From NCBI RefSeq assembly GCF_009914755.1, contig NC_060927.1: DNA of 64,000 nt. One strand, 5' to 3'. Below the pieces are notes generated by a model, which did no database searches, was not told the DNA's origin, and saw only the letters and a program-made list of their open reading frames with translations. Positions 42,021 to 56,701 of this stretch are shown here, piece by piece. Source of the DNA: the human T2T-CHM13v2.0 reference genome, Homo sapiens. Positions within the stretch are counted from its first letter, which is position 1. Each line of letters starts with the position of its first letter. The translations under genes were made by a program, and so were the position numbers.

Positions 42021-44435
42021 CTTTAAAAATCATCACCTGGTTCCGCAAGCTCTTTTCCTTGGCCATGAGGCCAGCGTGTCCCAGGTAAGGGCCGCTAGAA
42101 CTCAATGGACTGATTCGTTCGTTCGGGCATGCATTTTAAGTTAATAAACACTTACTGAGTCTCCACTGAGTGCATACATGATGGAATCAAACCAAACCAA
42201 GGCCCTCTTCAGCTATACCCATGTCTGGGGCACAGGAGGGATAGTGGGGGCAGGCTGTGCTTGTTAGGCAGATGAGTTCAGAACTACAGAGTGATGCAAA
42301 TATTAACACCTATGTAGCACTTACTGTATGCCAAGTATTACCATTTTACATACTTTACACATTGTGCTTTACAGCAGAACCTGAGAAACACGCTCATCAA
42401 GTCCAGGAAATAAATAGAGGTATCAGCTGTCACTTTTTTATTGTAAAATTTTTTAGTAGTGCAATAAAATAAAAACAAAATAGAATACATAATTATTAAG
42501 AGAGAAGACATAAAACATTACTATTTTCAGATACAATGATTTTGATCTGCAGAAGTCTCAAGAGAATAAACAGAAAAATTCCTAAAATTAGTAAGTAAAG
42601 CCCTAGCTCCATCACGTACAAGCCTTATGAGCTTAGGTCACTCACTTCCTGTCTCTTCTCTCATCTGAACCTCTGTAGGGCCCTGGAAATGGGGGATCTC
42701 CTGCCTTGACAGCTCATCAGTACGTGTGAAAAGCCAACAAGAGTGGATATGATAGGAACTGCAATCACACAGCACTTTGGAGAATGTGAAGATTGGTGCT
42801 CACAGCAGAAGTTAACACACTGATGCTGTGATCACTGTTCAGTAGGTGGAATGGTCCTTAGTGATCCTTGAAGAGTAGCTGCAACTGGAAGACACAGAAT
42901 GGAGAGGGTGGATCATGCAAATGAAAAGATGGGCTCCAACATTCAGCGGAAGGAATTTATGGTTGGTTCCCCCGTTTTTTTGTTGGCGGTGGTGGTTTAT
43001 TTTCATTCCCCATGCCCGGTCCTTCTGATGGCACTCACTGATTTGGCTCTAGGGCACAAGTCTATGTTGCATGCAGTCCTGGTGTGACAATCAATTGAGG
43101 CATTTCCTGGGCGAGGAGCTGGGACACGGGCCAAGCCAATCAGACTCTGGTTCCCCCAGGACGCTGAGTCATAGTGGAGCCATGCCAAGACGGAAACAGC
43201 TGACCTGCTGTGCTGCTGCCATGGCTCCCTGAGGAGTGTCCCTCAGTTCCTAAGAGGGGACTGTCTGCACACTGGCTCTTATGGGTTGATTTTGCACTTT
43301 TTCTTTGATTCTGAGAGCTACCCACATCCTCTCCAATTCTTGCTCCAGTCAACCAGACACAGTTTCTATTGCTTGCGGTGGAAGACATGCCCATGCAGAA
43401 GGCGTCAAGGCTCTTGGGAAGATGGGGAGTGGCATGTGTTCTCATGGTGTTCACAGCTGCACATGGGAAACACCTCATTGCCTTCGCACAACAAACCCAA
43501 GAGGGAGGGGGTTCCTTCCCCAATTCTGCAAATGGAAAAACTGAGGCTCAGAGGGGAAATTGATCGCTCAGTGTCACAGCCAATGAATGACAGAGGGAAA
43601 GTTGTGGTCCAGGGCTGAGTCCGGGTTCCACAGTGTGTAGATGAATTTCTTCAACCCCTTCATCATGTGACAAGAGCCACAAGGTCTCCAGGCCTCCTGG
43701 ACATGACAGGTGTTTGCTCACAAACTGAAACTTTCTCTGCTGGGTCACACCCTCCTCGCCCATCCCTACTCTTGGTGCAGGGCATGAGCTGGACCCTGGA
43801 AGACCAATGGGTATTCAACTTTCAGAAAGCCTTGGCGAGGTCTAGTGATGAAATAATTTTGTCATTTGGAATGCTGACAAAAAAAATTTGAATTTTTCGG
43901 CCATAGTTTCATTTCCATAAATCACTTCATTCTTATCCTAATCCTTCCCCAACTGTTTGTCAAAATTCCCATCAAATATTTTTCCACTTGGAAGACTGAT
44001 TTTTAACACTCATACCCCACCCCCACCAGGCCACGGTGTGGACATTTTTCATTCCTAAAGTCAGGAGGCCAGAGACATTTCCAAGAGAGATCAAAGCACT
44101 TGCTGGCCACGTTGGAAAATGAGAAGGGAGGATAAGGGTGTGAAGGGGCATCCTGCCTCCAGGAGGGACCCCCTCCAAGTGAGTTAAGAGATGTGGGCCA
44201 GGAGGGCTGAGCAGTAGCATCCACTGGGAAGCCCTGGGCTCCAGGCCCAGCCCTGTAGCTGCCTCACTGGACAAGCCCTTCCAGCTGGCCTCGGAGGACA
44301 TGGACCATCTTCCCGGGTTTGGCTGTGTATCCCAGTGGCACCATGGAGTAGCCAGGGCCCTTGGCCAGGCCACTAAACTACACCGTACCCCCCTTGTCAT
44401 CTGTTGCATGCAGGCATCAGAATTTACCTTTAAAG

Positions 44436-44714
44436 AAGTGTTTCTCAAACTTGAGTCACTTAGTTTTCATGGCATATTTATACAATATATGTGCGATTAT
44501 TAAAAGTTTCCTTTAAATCAAATTATTGCCTTTGTTTAAATATCTTTCTGTAACTTGCACATATCATCACTGAAGATGGAAAACCAGTATCACATGCCGT
44601 AAACAAAGGGTAACTAAACAAAATAGCACAACTATAAAATAACAGATTTCATATGTCCCCTAAAATCAACTTGTGTACTACCAGTGATATGCACACCCAA
44701 TTTTGGAAACACTA
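44436..44714. mobile_element. hAT-Charlie MITE (MER113-like)
   Basis: TIRs agtgtttctcaaa / ttttggaaacact; 8 bp TSD ctttaaag (44428-44435) / ctttaagg (44715-44722). Confidence 0.75.
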
Positions 44715-45299
44715 CTTTAAGGGGGTTGGGATATGAACTCAAATACCTCCAACTCTAATATCCCCAAGTCCTTCAATTATCAGGGGTTTCTATTTCATAA
44801 TTTAAAAAACAAGCAGCCTGAATCCACATTCTACATGCGATGGCAAGTCTCCTCCCACCCATTTCTTCTTCCCTTAGGAGACTTTTGTGGATTTCCAAAA
44901 GGTTCATGTTTTTCAGGAACAAACCAATGGCCAAACCGTGGTGTGGTGGGGGTTGAGGGGTGTGAGCTACCTCCTTTCCCACAGTGCCTAGCTCCTCGCT
45001 GGCAATCCATGTTCCATTGATGCCCAGATTTACACACCAAGCCTCTCTCCTGAGCTGCAGATGTGTGCACCTGACCATACACTTGGCAATTCTCTTTGGC
45101 TATCTTGTTGACGCCTCAGCTTAGCACACTGAAGACAGAACTCCAGACCTTTGCCCTAATCCTGCTTTCTCCAGGCTTCTCTGCCAGGGGGAGTGGCCAT
45201 TCCCCAGGTCCTCATGTTTCCACAGGGGCAGAGACCACGTCTGTCCCATTCCCTGCTCTATGTCCTATGCCTGGCCGGAGTAAGAGCTTGTATGGGCCA

Positions 45300-45660
45300 G
45301 CTTAAGCTGTCATACCAAAGAACAAACGACCCCACGTCCTAGGGACTTCAAATAACAAAGGTTTATTTCTCTCGCATATTTATGCCTCTCTCAGCATGGC
45401 TGGGTCTTGATCCATGTCAGCTTCATTCCAGAATCAAGGCTGATGCAGCAGCCCCTACCAGACGTGCCAGGCTGCTGCCAAGGGAGAAAGAGCGACAGTG
45501 CAGCCACCGATGGCTCCTGGAGCTGCCACATCTGCCACTCTGCTCATTGCCCGTGGCAGAGACTGAGTCACGAGGGCCGGGAAGCTCCGTCTCCAGGGAA
45601 CAACTTGGGAATAACTGCACAGCCTCCCACAGTGCTTGACAGATACTGATTGGATACTGA
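45300..45660 (-). mobile_element. Old MLT1-type LTR
   Basis: taacaaaggtttatttctctcgcat...ccactctgctcattgcccgtggcagagactgagtcacg. Confidence 0.6.
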
Positions 45661-46479
45661 TAGGAATAAGGTGTCACAGGCAGCTTCCATCATGATCAGC
45701 TTCCATCATGGATCATGAAGTTCACATGAAGATTAGAAAGTGGGCTTCATGCTTGGGTGGGACACAGAGCTCACCCACTGGCTGAGATATTCATTTCTCA
45801 CACAGGTGAAGTCAAAGGCCTTACACACAGGACCCCCACACCCACAGGCCTCACACTTGGCCCTGGAGGCTGCAGGCTGGCAGCCCAGTGTGTGGGGTCC
45901 CCCTGCTAAGCCCCTCCAGCCTGCCCCTATCCACACCCGTCCTCCGCCTCTGCATCTGACCCGGCTCCCACATCACACCGCTGGGGGCTCCTACCTCCTG
46001 TGGGCCTCACTGCCTAAGAGTCTTTGAACCTCTTAGTCACTCTGAGCCTTCCATGGTTTGGTCCTTGGAAACCAAAGGCTCACACAAGGTCCCATCTAAG
46101 GGGCCTGCCCAGGAGGCAGATCTGGTCAGTCAAGTCCTCTCTCAGCAGGAGTCCCCTGCAGGCAGAGACTCACGGCTGCTGAGCCAGGAAGTCAGGGCCA
46201 CAAGACTTATAGCCCTGGCAAGTCTCCAGGTAGTTGACACTGGATACACTGCCATGGTGGGGCTGGAGGGTCAGCGGGCGGTAGGTCAGGATGTCAAAAA
46301 CAGGGGAGATTGACCCTATAGATACACCTGTATGAGCACAAAATGGCAAGCACACAGCCCAAGTTCCTATCCACAGGGTGTCCGTTGAAAAGATCATGGG
46401 TACACCTTGGAGCACTTGAGGCGGATGTCAGAAAGAATGAAAAAGCTCTGTGCAGGCCTATGGAAAGGGCTCTGGGACT

Positions 46480-46990
46480 GAGGAAGGAAGGAGAGGGGGA
46501 AGGGAGGAAGGGAGGGAGTGAAGAAGGAAGGAAGGACGGAAGGAAGGAAGGAAGGAAAGGAGGGAAGGAAAGGAGGGAGAAGGGAAGGAAGAAAGAAGGA
46601 AGGAGAGAAGAAGGAGGGAGGAAGGAAGAAGAAAGGAAGGGAGGAAGGGAGGGAGGAAGGGAAGGAGGAAGGGAAGATGGAAGGAGGGAAGGAAGGAGGA
46701 AGGGTGGAAGGGAAGGAGGAAGGGAAGATGGAAGGAGGGAAGGAAGAAGGAAGGAAAGAAGGAAGGAGGAAGGGAGAAAAGAAGGAGGGAGGGAGGAGGA
46801 GAGAGGGAAGGAAGGAACGAAGGAAGGGAGGAAGGAAGGAAGGAAAGAGGGAAGGAAGGGAGGAAGGAATGAGGAAGGGAGGAAAGAAAGAGGGAGAGAA
46901 GGAAGAAGGAAGGAAGGAGGGAAGGAGGAGAGGAGGGAGGGAAAGCAAGAAGGCGGGAGGAAGGGAAGGAAGGAGGGAGGCGGGGAGGGG
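46480..46990. repeat. ~510 bp polypurine (GGAA/GGA/GAGG) low-complexity tract
   Basis: Almost exclusively G and A on the + strand. Confidence 0.97.
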
Positions 46991-47244
46991 TACACAACAA
47001 GGGCAGCCTAGGCTCCGGTTGCTGTGACAAAGAAGCGGAGTGGCCCTGCTGCATTCTTTTGCTGGCATTTGGCATAAGCCTGTGATAGATAAAGAGCAGA
47101 AGGTGCCTTTAGGGGGCACCGAAGAACAGGGTCGATAGGGCTGGGGGAAAGCAAGTATTTCAAAGCTAACTTTTCCATCATTTTTGTGTTTGAACCATGT
47201 AAATGTATTGCCTGTCCCCCTAAAATGGATTAATTGAGAAGAGA

Positions 47245-48380
47245 GCGAGACCACGCCGAGCCTCGGGCCATCACAGCCTGAATGGGAAGCAGCGAACCCC
47301 GCTGTGACGGCTTCAGGCCCCGGCCTGTGGAGGGTGGGGGAGTCGCCCTTGGGAGGGGCTGGGCCCCACCGCCGGCTCTGCTTCTCACGGCAGGGGCGCC
47401 CCCAGGAAGGGACAGGACAGGGAGCTTTGTCCCGCAGCGAACGGGAACGCGGAGGCCCGGCCTCTCGCCTCCCGACCCTCCCCACCCTCCTCGCGCCTTC
47501 TCGGGCCTCCGCGTCCGCCCTGCGCCCTCGGAAGGCGCCGCCCGGCGGCCGCGGCCCTTCGCCGCAGCCAGAGTGCTTTGTCCGAGCTCAAAAAAGCCGT
47601 CTCCATGGAAGCGGCCCTTCCGCTCGGAGCCCGGCGGCCTGGAGGGAGACCCGGCGGGGATGCGAGGATTCCGCCCCAGCCCCAGAGGACGCGGCGGAGA
47701 GCCTGGAGGAGGCGCTTTGAGAGTCGAGGTCTCCCGCCCGCGCGCCTCCCTGGCGCAGACCTCTTTTAACTTTTTGGCGTGGAGTGCGCGTCCTGACGTG
47801 CCCCCTGAGCTACAGCTTACTGAGCTTTACTGGCTTCGCCGGACAGCCGTCCCCAGGTGGAGAGACCGCGCGTCGCGCGCTGCCCGGGCCCCGCAGGGCC
47901 TGGCGCCTGGGGCCCTTGCGCCGCTTTGGGGCGAGGGGATCACACCGCGGGCTCCCGGAGCTTGGCGTCTTCCACGCGGCGCTGTGTGTCATCCACGCAG
48001 TGTGCTCTCGCTGCCGTGTTCAGGTCACTGCGAGGGTGAGCCCCGCTTTATCTACCCCTTCTGCTGTTGATGGGCACTCGTCTGGGGCTAGAAGGGATAA
48101 GGTTGCTGTGAGCGTTCTCGTGTGTTTTTGGTGCACGCGCACACACATTTCTCTGGGGTGCAGACCTGTCTAGTAGTGGAACTGCCGTTTCCCAGCACTT
48201 TGGAGCAAAGCCCTGTTGCAGTCTGAAGCGGAAAAGGCAGACGGGCCTTCCATGTTCGTGATTCCAGCCAGGCACAGAAGGGAAGGACAGGGACAGCAGC
48301 CGCGCGGAGGCGAGGAGGGACACTGGGCGCTGCTGTCCCCTCTCCTCAGGGGCAGCCACTCCTCTTGTGGACGCAGGTGT
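47245..48380. promoter_or_regulatory. CpG island 2
   Basis: Dense CpGs; GC boxes (ccgccc at ~47515 and ~47671); CRE-like TGACGT at 47794; + strand donor AGG|GTGAGC at ~48036. Confidence 0.78.
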
Positions 48381-48779
48381 GGTCACCAGAAGGGAAGGAC
48401 AGCAGAGGACTCTTCAGGGACCTTCCTGGATCCCCCTGCAATGGGAGTGGCCTACTTGCTTGACTTGAGGGTGAGACTTGGTCAGCCCTTGACTGTAGGG
48501 GGCAGGACCATGGGCTTCAGTGGGGCAGCACCCATGACCCACGCCTCTGCTTCCATTCCCTGCTTACTGCCCGGGCCTCTGGGCAGGGGAGTCTAGTCTC
48601 CCTTCCCAGGCTTCCAATGCCTCGCCCCCTGCTGTGGTAAGGATTCGCGCTGGTCCCTATTTATTAATCAGGGAACTTGGGGTTCCAGTTTTCTCCCCTT
48701 CTCTGCATCTCATCCCCTTGAGAGCCCCCTGGAGCAGAGGATAACGCACGAGGGGACTGGCTGTGTATATTTTGATAAC

Positions 48780-49720
48780 AATATCAAAATACTGTCAAAT
48801 ACTAAACGGAAAAGAAATAGGAAAACATTGAACTTTATTAAAATGAACTTCAAAAGACACCATTAAGAGTAAAAAGATGACTCACAAAAAAGTTGCCTTT
48901 TGTTCAGTAAACGACTCAGGACCAGAAAATATGAAGAACCCCTACAACAAGAAAAATATAGATAGCTCAGTTAAAAATTGACAAAAGACTTGAAAAGATA
49001 TTTCACAAAAGGAGAGATCCAGACAGTCAATCCACACACGAAAGGGTACTTAGCATCAGGGAACTGCAAATAGTGACATTCGATTCCATATCACAGCCAC
49101 TGGATGGCTAAAATAGCAACGCCAAGTGCTGATGAGACTGTGGAACAACCAGCTGGGCTCTCATACCCTGCTGATGGGAGAGTGGATTGGAGCAACCACG
49201 TGGAAACATCTAATGGAGGTAAGCAAACGCCTGCCATAGGAACCAGCGTGTATATCCAAGGGAACCGAGTGCTAGGTTCCTGATCATGGTCAAGATCGCC
49301 TACAGCAAATTTACTTATTTATTTTAATCCCCCAACAAATGTCTTTAATGTCTTTAGAAAGATTAATTAAATGGTAGTATTTTAAGAATGCAATGGTATA
49401 CTGCACAGCAACAAAAAAATAACAAACTGCTAATACTTGCAGCAACATGGATAAATCTCAAAGTATTGAATGCAAAGCTACAATAGAGTGCATAACTAAG
49501 GATTCCATTATATAAAATACAAAATCCAGGCAAGACTGATCTACAGTGTTAGAGGTCAGGAGAGAATTTTGGAGGTAGTTGCTTGGGCACCGGGATACTG
49601 CGTGGGGAGCTGTGAGTGCTGCATATCTTGAGCTGCGTCCTGCTTGGAGTGCATACTCTGTGAAAATTCATCAACCTGTGCACTTAAGACTTGTGTACTT
49701 ACATTATCTTTCAGGAAAAA
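48780..49720 (+). mobile_element. L1ME-type 3' region
   Basis: aagacttgaaaagatatttcacaaaagga...caacatggataaatctcaaa...gtgaaaattcatcaacctgtgcacttaaga. Confidence 0.8.
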
Positions 49721-49769
49721 GAAAAGAAAAGTATACCAAACTTTACCCTTCACCTTTCTTCTCAAAATG

Positions 49770-50130
49770 GTCAGGTTTCAGAGCTGTGGTAGAAACTTCT
49801 AGTACTGACAACAGCCAGTACCTCCCCGCTTGGCAGCTGAGACTATGGGACTAGTTCTGGCCAATGGAATGTGAGGGGAAATGACGGATGTCAATTCCAG
49901 GCTGAAGCTTTTAGTTGCCAGAGCCAGGTCCTCCAGTCCTACCTTTCCACTGTGGCAGTCCCTCTGAAGTCCCAAGATCAAGAGCTGACAGCTGAATCCT
50001 TGCATGGAGAGTCGCCTGGACCTGCAGTGGACTCTGGATGAGGGAGTATACACCGTAAGTGTATTAAGCCAATGCTGTTTCAGAGTGGTTAATTACCACA
50101 GCATAACATGCCCTATCCTGACTAAAATGG
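49770..50130 (+). mobile_element. MLT1-type LTR
   Basis: gactagttctggccaatggaatgtgaggggaaatgac...ttaccacagcataacatgccctatcctgactaa. Confidence 0.7.
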
Positions 50131-53100
50131 ATGTGTAGGAGCTCGACAGAGGAATAATTGTCCTTTTGGTGCCCTGCGCTTGTTCTTGGCCTTGGCCAGG
50201 TAGCAGCACACTTAGCATCAGACCGCCCAAGTGTCCTATGTCTACATTCGGTGGAACCCATTGTGGTGGCCCCTGGATCGACATTACAGCAGAGGGGAAG
50301 CACTGGCCTCCTGCACTCTCAGTTTCAGCTAGCTCTGCGTGCCGTTTTTCTCAGTGACAACATTCCGTGTAGGTGTTTGCCCACTGCCAGTGCTGGGTGA
50401 CCTACGCTGGTACAGTCGGGACTACAAAGTCCTTTTCTTGGGATGCTTCCTTTACTACTTTGAACTCTTGGCTCTTGGCACTGGAATCCCCTAGCATTTG
50501 GGATTACCAGAAAACAAGAGGTGGCAAGATGGTGCAATAATTTTGAACCCAGCCCCATGTTGAAGTGCACGACTGGGGACAGTGCAGTGGGGAAATGAGA
50601 GCTTGGGGCCAGGAAGACTGCTTGGGTTCTAACCCCAGTCCCATTGCTGGCCACCTACGACACACTGGCAAATCACTTTTATCCCCAAACCTCAAAAATG
50701 GTCTCAAGGTTTCCAAATAGAGGTGTTTCTTTTCATTTTCTAGAAAAGTGAGCATAGTGGTAGAGCCCCTGAAGCTGCATCCTTCTGGGGTAAGGCAGAG
50801 CCATCTCACAAACCACACCACCTGATGGCATCTATTACAAATGTCAGATTTTGTAGGCTGAAGTGAACAAGAAGCCATTGGGAATGAGCAAAGTTTTAAA
50901 TTGCTGGAAGGAATCTTCAGCAAACAGGCAAATACTTTAAAATTTTAGGTGATCCATCACTGAATAATTTGAAAGATCTTCAGATTCTTGTACTGTGAAT
51001 CACTTCTGTAGGCATGAAAGAGTGAGCAATGCAGGCATAACATTAAAAGGAGACTGATAAGGAAATAAAAATGAAGAACAGAAATAGCTCCAAAGATTAG
51101 ATGTAAGCCCTTGGGGTTGGGATTATCTGGAGAGAGATGGGAGCTCAGTTGTCGGAATAAAGCCAAGTAGCAAGGTAGCCTTAAATGTACTCCAATTTTC
51201 ACCACTCAGCAGCAGGAGCCAAGCAGAGACTGCTTCCCTAGACCCTTGCTTATTGGACACCACAAACTTCCTGGAGGTGCTAGCACATAGAGGTGAGGTG
51301 TTTTTTTATAGATCCTTTTGGCTCATCATGACAAAGGGAGACACAGGTTATGGTGTTATTCTTTCCAACCTGAAGGCTGAACAGACAACGGACAGACCCT
51401 GCTTCCCAGATTCCTCATCCTGACACCAACAAGATAGTGAAAAATGATGCAACCACAAAGTGTTAATTTTCCCTTCCTGGTCCCACAGTTTTATTTAATA
51501 ATTTCATTGGGCATGATATTTTACATCAGCCAGCATAAATACTAACAGCAACCAGAGAGACAATGCTAGGAATCAAGAGAGTGTCTATAGCCTGCTTCGG
51601 GCAAATGTCTAGCCTGAATAGATCTTGCCTTGTTCAAGGTTGTAAACACCAGTAAAAAGGGGACCTATAAAAATATTTTACAGTTTATAAGATATAAGTG
51701 TTCATGGTATTAAAAAGGCAGGGAGGTATGTTTTTCAACATTGCTTTATTTACCAAGAAGGGGGGAAATTTTAGAGAGCAACTGCTTTGTGGTAACCATA
51801 AATCTCAACCATACGTAGGCTCTTTAAAGCAAGAAATAAGAAGGGAAGGCAACGTGGTATAGAACCAGATTCCAATGAGCCTGAAAAATAGCTGGCTAAT
51901 TTTCTAAGAAAAGAACTAAGAAAGAAAATAAAGAAAGAAAATAAAGAAGTTATAGGCAAAATGGTGAGGAAATTAAAAGTGCAATACCAGAAATAAAATA
52001 CGCAATGTATCAGTAAAAAAAAAAAAAATCTATACAGCAAAACAAAAATAAATGGAAAACTTAAACATTGGTCATTTAAGAAACTTTTCCAGAAGCAAAA
52101 TAAGTAAACAATTAAATAGGGACAAAGAATTTTAAAACATGAGAAAAAAGATAGTAGATATGGAGGAAGAAAATGGCAGATCTAACATATGGGTAATTAA
52201 TGTTCTGAAGAAAACACACGCAGTATACACAATAATACAGTTATAACAGAAAACTTTCCTGAGCTATAAAAATACCTGAATTAAAATTCAGAGCACTTAT
52301 ATTTACACACTACTATGCGCAATTATTTTTATTTCAAGATTAAATGAAGTATAAGCATCCAGGTAAGGCACACATATTCTTTTTTAAAAAAAAATTCCCT
52401 TCTGCAGGGGTTGGGTGGACAATAAAGAATACAAATTATCCAAAAAAGAAAAAAATTTCAAATAAATTTTAAAAACCCCTAACACTTTTTGCAACTTTAA
52501 AAGCCAATAGAGAAATACCTACAGAAAACATTGCTGAAAAAGTCTATAAATCAAGAGCTCTTATTCAGGTTTTATTCAAATGAGAAAGCAACAGAAAGAC
52601 ACTGTCAGAAATACAATGGTTCAAAAATAGACAATAAAACCTAAAGGAAAATTTTACTTGAACACATGTCTTGATCAATCAAAAGCTAATTAAAAAAAAA
52701 CAGCTCATCTCAAGGACTATCATAAGATATAGAACATTCAATGGATTGAACATTGAAACTGTTATGAACAGAATAAAGTGCAAGTAATGCTTGGAAGTAT
52801 AGTTTTAAAAGAAAATGTGACTCCTGACAAGTAATTCTAGCACTAGATGACACAATACTAGAGGCAGAAACCATAAAGAAAAGAGGAATAGATTTGATTA
52901 TATGATGTTATAAAACTTACATATGTTAAATATATATAATGATAAATTTGCATATATCTTTCATGTGCCATAAACAAAACTAAAAGATAATTTCAAACTA
53001 GGAAAAATATTTGCAAAATATGACAAAGTAAATATTGTTAATTTACAAAAAATATTTCAAATTAATAAATGGACAATCAACACCAAATGAGCATAGAATA

Positions 53101-53488
53101 TGAAAAAGCAATTCTCAGAAATAGGAAGAAAGGAGAGAAAGAAGGAAGGAAATAAAACAATACTCAATCTTAGAAGTAATCAAAGAAATGCAAATTAATG
53201 CAACATTTAGACATTTTTTTAAAAGAGCACACCAGTACAATAGTATGATGGTGAACAACCAGGGTCTATTATTATTGGCTGGAGTCTGTGTTAAATTGGT
53301 TGTAAAACCTTTTCAATTTTATGTCTTCTGTGGAAAACCAATAAAACACAAAGGAAGTCACTAAGAGATGAAAGAAGGGACAAAAAAGTTACAAGATCCA
53401 TAAAACAACTAAAATATCAAGTCCTTCCCTATAAATAATTACTTTAAATGTAAACAAATTAAACTCCACAAACAAAATATACAGATTG

Positions 53489-53787
53489 GGTTGGGCGCAG
53501 CATATCATACCTGTAACATCAGCATGTAGGGAGGTCAAGGCAGGAACATTGCTTTAGCCCAGGAGTTTGAGACCAGCCCTGGTAACATAGTGAGACTGCC
53601 ATTACTATAAAAATTTTTAAAAATTAGCCAGGTGTGGTGGTGCACACTTGTAGTCACAGCTACTGGGGAGGCTAGGTGTGAGGATTGCTTGAGCCTGGGA
53701 GATTCAGGCTGCAGTGAGCCACAGTCTCACCACTGCACTCCATCCTGGGCAACAGTTGATCAAGACCCTGTCTCAAAAAAAAAAAAA
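53489..53787 (+). mobile_element. Alu (AluJ-like)
   Basis: Diverged full dimer with A tail. Confidence 0.92.
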
Positions 53788-55268
53788 TAGATTTGCTAAA
53801 TGGATTCAAAAACAGGATACAATTATATGCTGTCTACAAGAAACTCACTTTAGATCTGAAAATATAATAGCCTAAAAATGGAAGGATAGAAAAAAGATTT
53901 CATACAAATGGTAATCAAAAGACAACAGGAATTGCTACACCAATATCTGGCAAAAGAGACTTTAAATCAAAAACTGTTACAGGAGACAAAAAAAGATATT
54001 GTATAATGGTAAAAGGGTCAATTTACCAAAAATACATAATAACAAAAAATATTTAGGTACCAAACCAGAGAGCTCCTAAACATATAAAGCAAACTAACAG
54101 AACTGAAGGGAGATAGACAGAAACACAATAATAGTAGGAGACTTCCATACCTCACATTCAATAATGGATAGAATAACTAAGCAGAAGATCAATAATGAGA
54201 TAGAAGACTGAAACATTTTACACCAATTGGACCTAACGGACATACAGAGAAGATTCCACCCAACAACAGCAGAGTACACAATCTTCTCAAGTGTTCAGGG
54301 AACATTTTCCAGGAAAGGCAACATATAAGGTCACAAAATAACTCTTAACAAATTCAAAAAGGTTGAAATTACACAAAATATCCTTTTTCGATCACAAGGA
54401 AATTAAACTAGAAATCAATAGCACAAGGAAAATTGGAAACTCCACAAACGTGTAAATAAATTAACACAGTCTTGAACAGCCGATAGGTCAAAGAAGAGGT
54501 CACAGTGGAAATTAGAAAATACCTTGGGACAAGTGAAAATGAAAACACAACATACCAAAACTTATGGGCTACAGCAATAGCAGTGCTAAGAGGGAAGTTG
54601 ATAGCAATACATGCCTTATATTAAAAAGAAGAAATATCTCAAATAAACAACCTAACTTTACATCTCAAGAAAGCAGAAAAAGAACAACTAAAGCTAAAGC
54701 TAAGAGAAGAAAGGAAATAAAGATTATAGCATAAATGATTAAAATAGAGAATAGAAGTGAAATCAATGAAACCAGATTCGGTTTCAAAAAAAAAAAATCA
54801 ACAAAATGGACAACCCCTTAGTTAAATTAAGAAAGAAAGAGACGTGACTCAACTAACTAAAATCGGAAGTCACAGAAAGGACATTACAACTGATGCCACA
54901 GAAATAAAAAGGATTATAAGAGAATACTAAGAACAATTATATTTCCACAAACTTGATAACCTAAAGAAATGAACACATTCCTAGAAACACACAACCTACC
55001 AAGACTGAACCATGAAGAAACGAAAAGTCTGAACAGACCAATAACAAGCACGGAAATTGAATCAGTAATCAAATACCTTCCAACAAAGAAAAGTCCAGGA
55101 CCAGATGGCTTCACTGGAGAATTCTACAGAATATTTAAAAATAATTAACACCAATCCTCCTGAAACTATTCCAAAAAATTAAAGAGGAGGGAATACTTAG
55201 GTTACTTTACAGGTCAGCATAACCGTGATACCAAATCCAGACAAAGACACTGCAAGAAAAGAAAACTG

Positions 55269-56701
<1,433 letters not shown>

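Noticed and set aside
46294-47485. Long ORFs (363, 233, 222 and 205 aa)
   Set aside because: They are open only because the purine/pyrimidine tract lacks stop codons; the products are low-complexity translations.
47282-48596. 262 aa and other ORFs in CpG island 2
   Set aside because: Non-ATG start for the longest, Arg/Pro/Gly/Ala-biased, and partly overlapping a decayed L1.
52339-52368. 24-nt micro-exon (tttcaag|...cag|gtaagg)
   Set aside because: It lies in decayed L1-like AT-rich sequence where such matches arise by chance; there is no supporting context.
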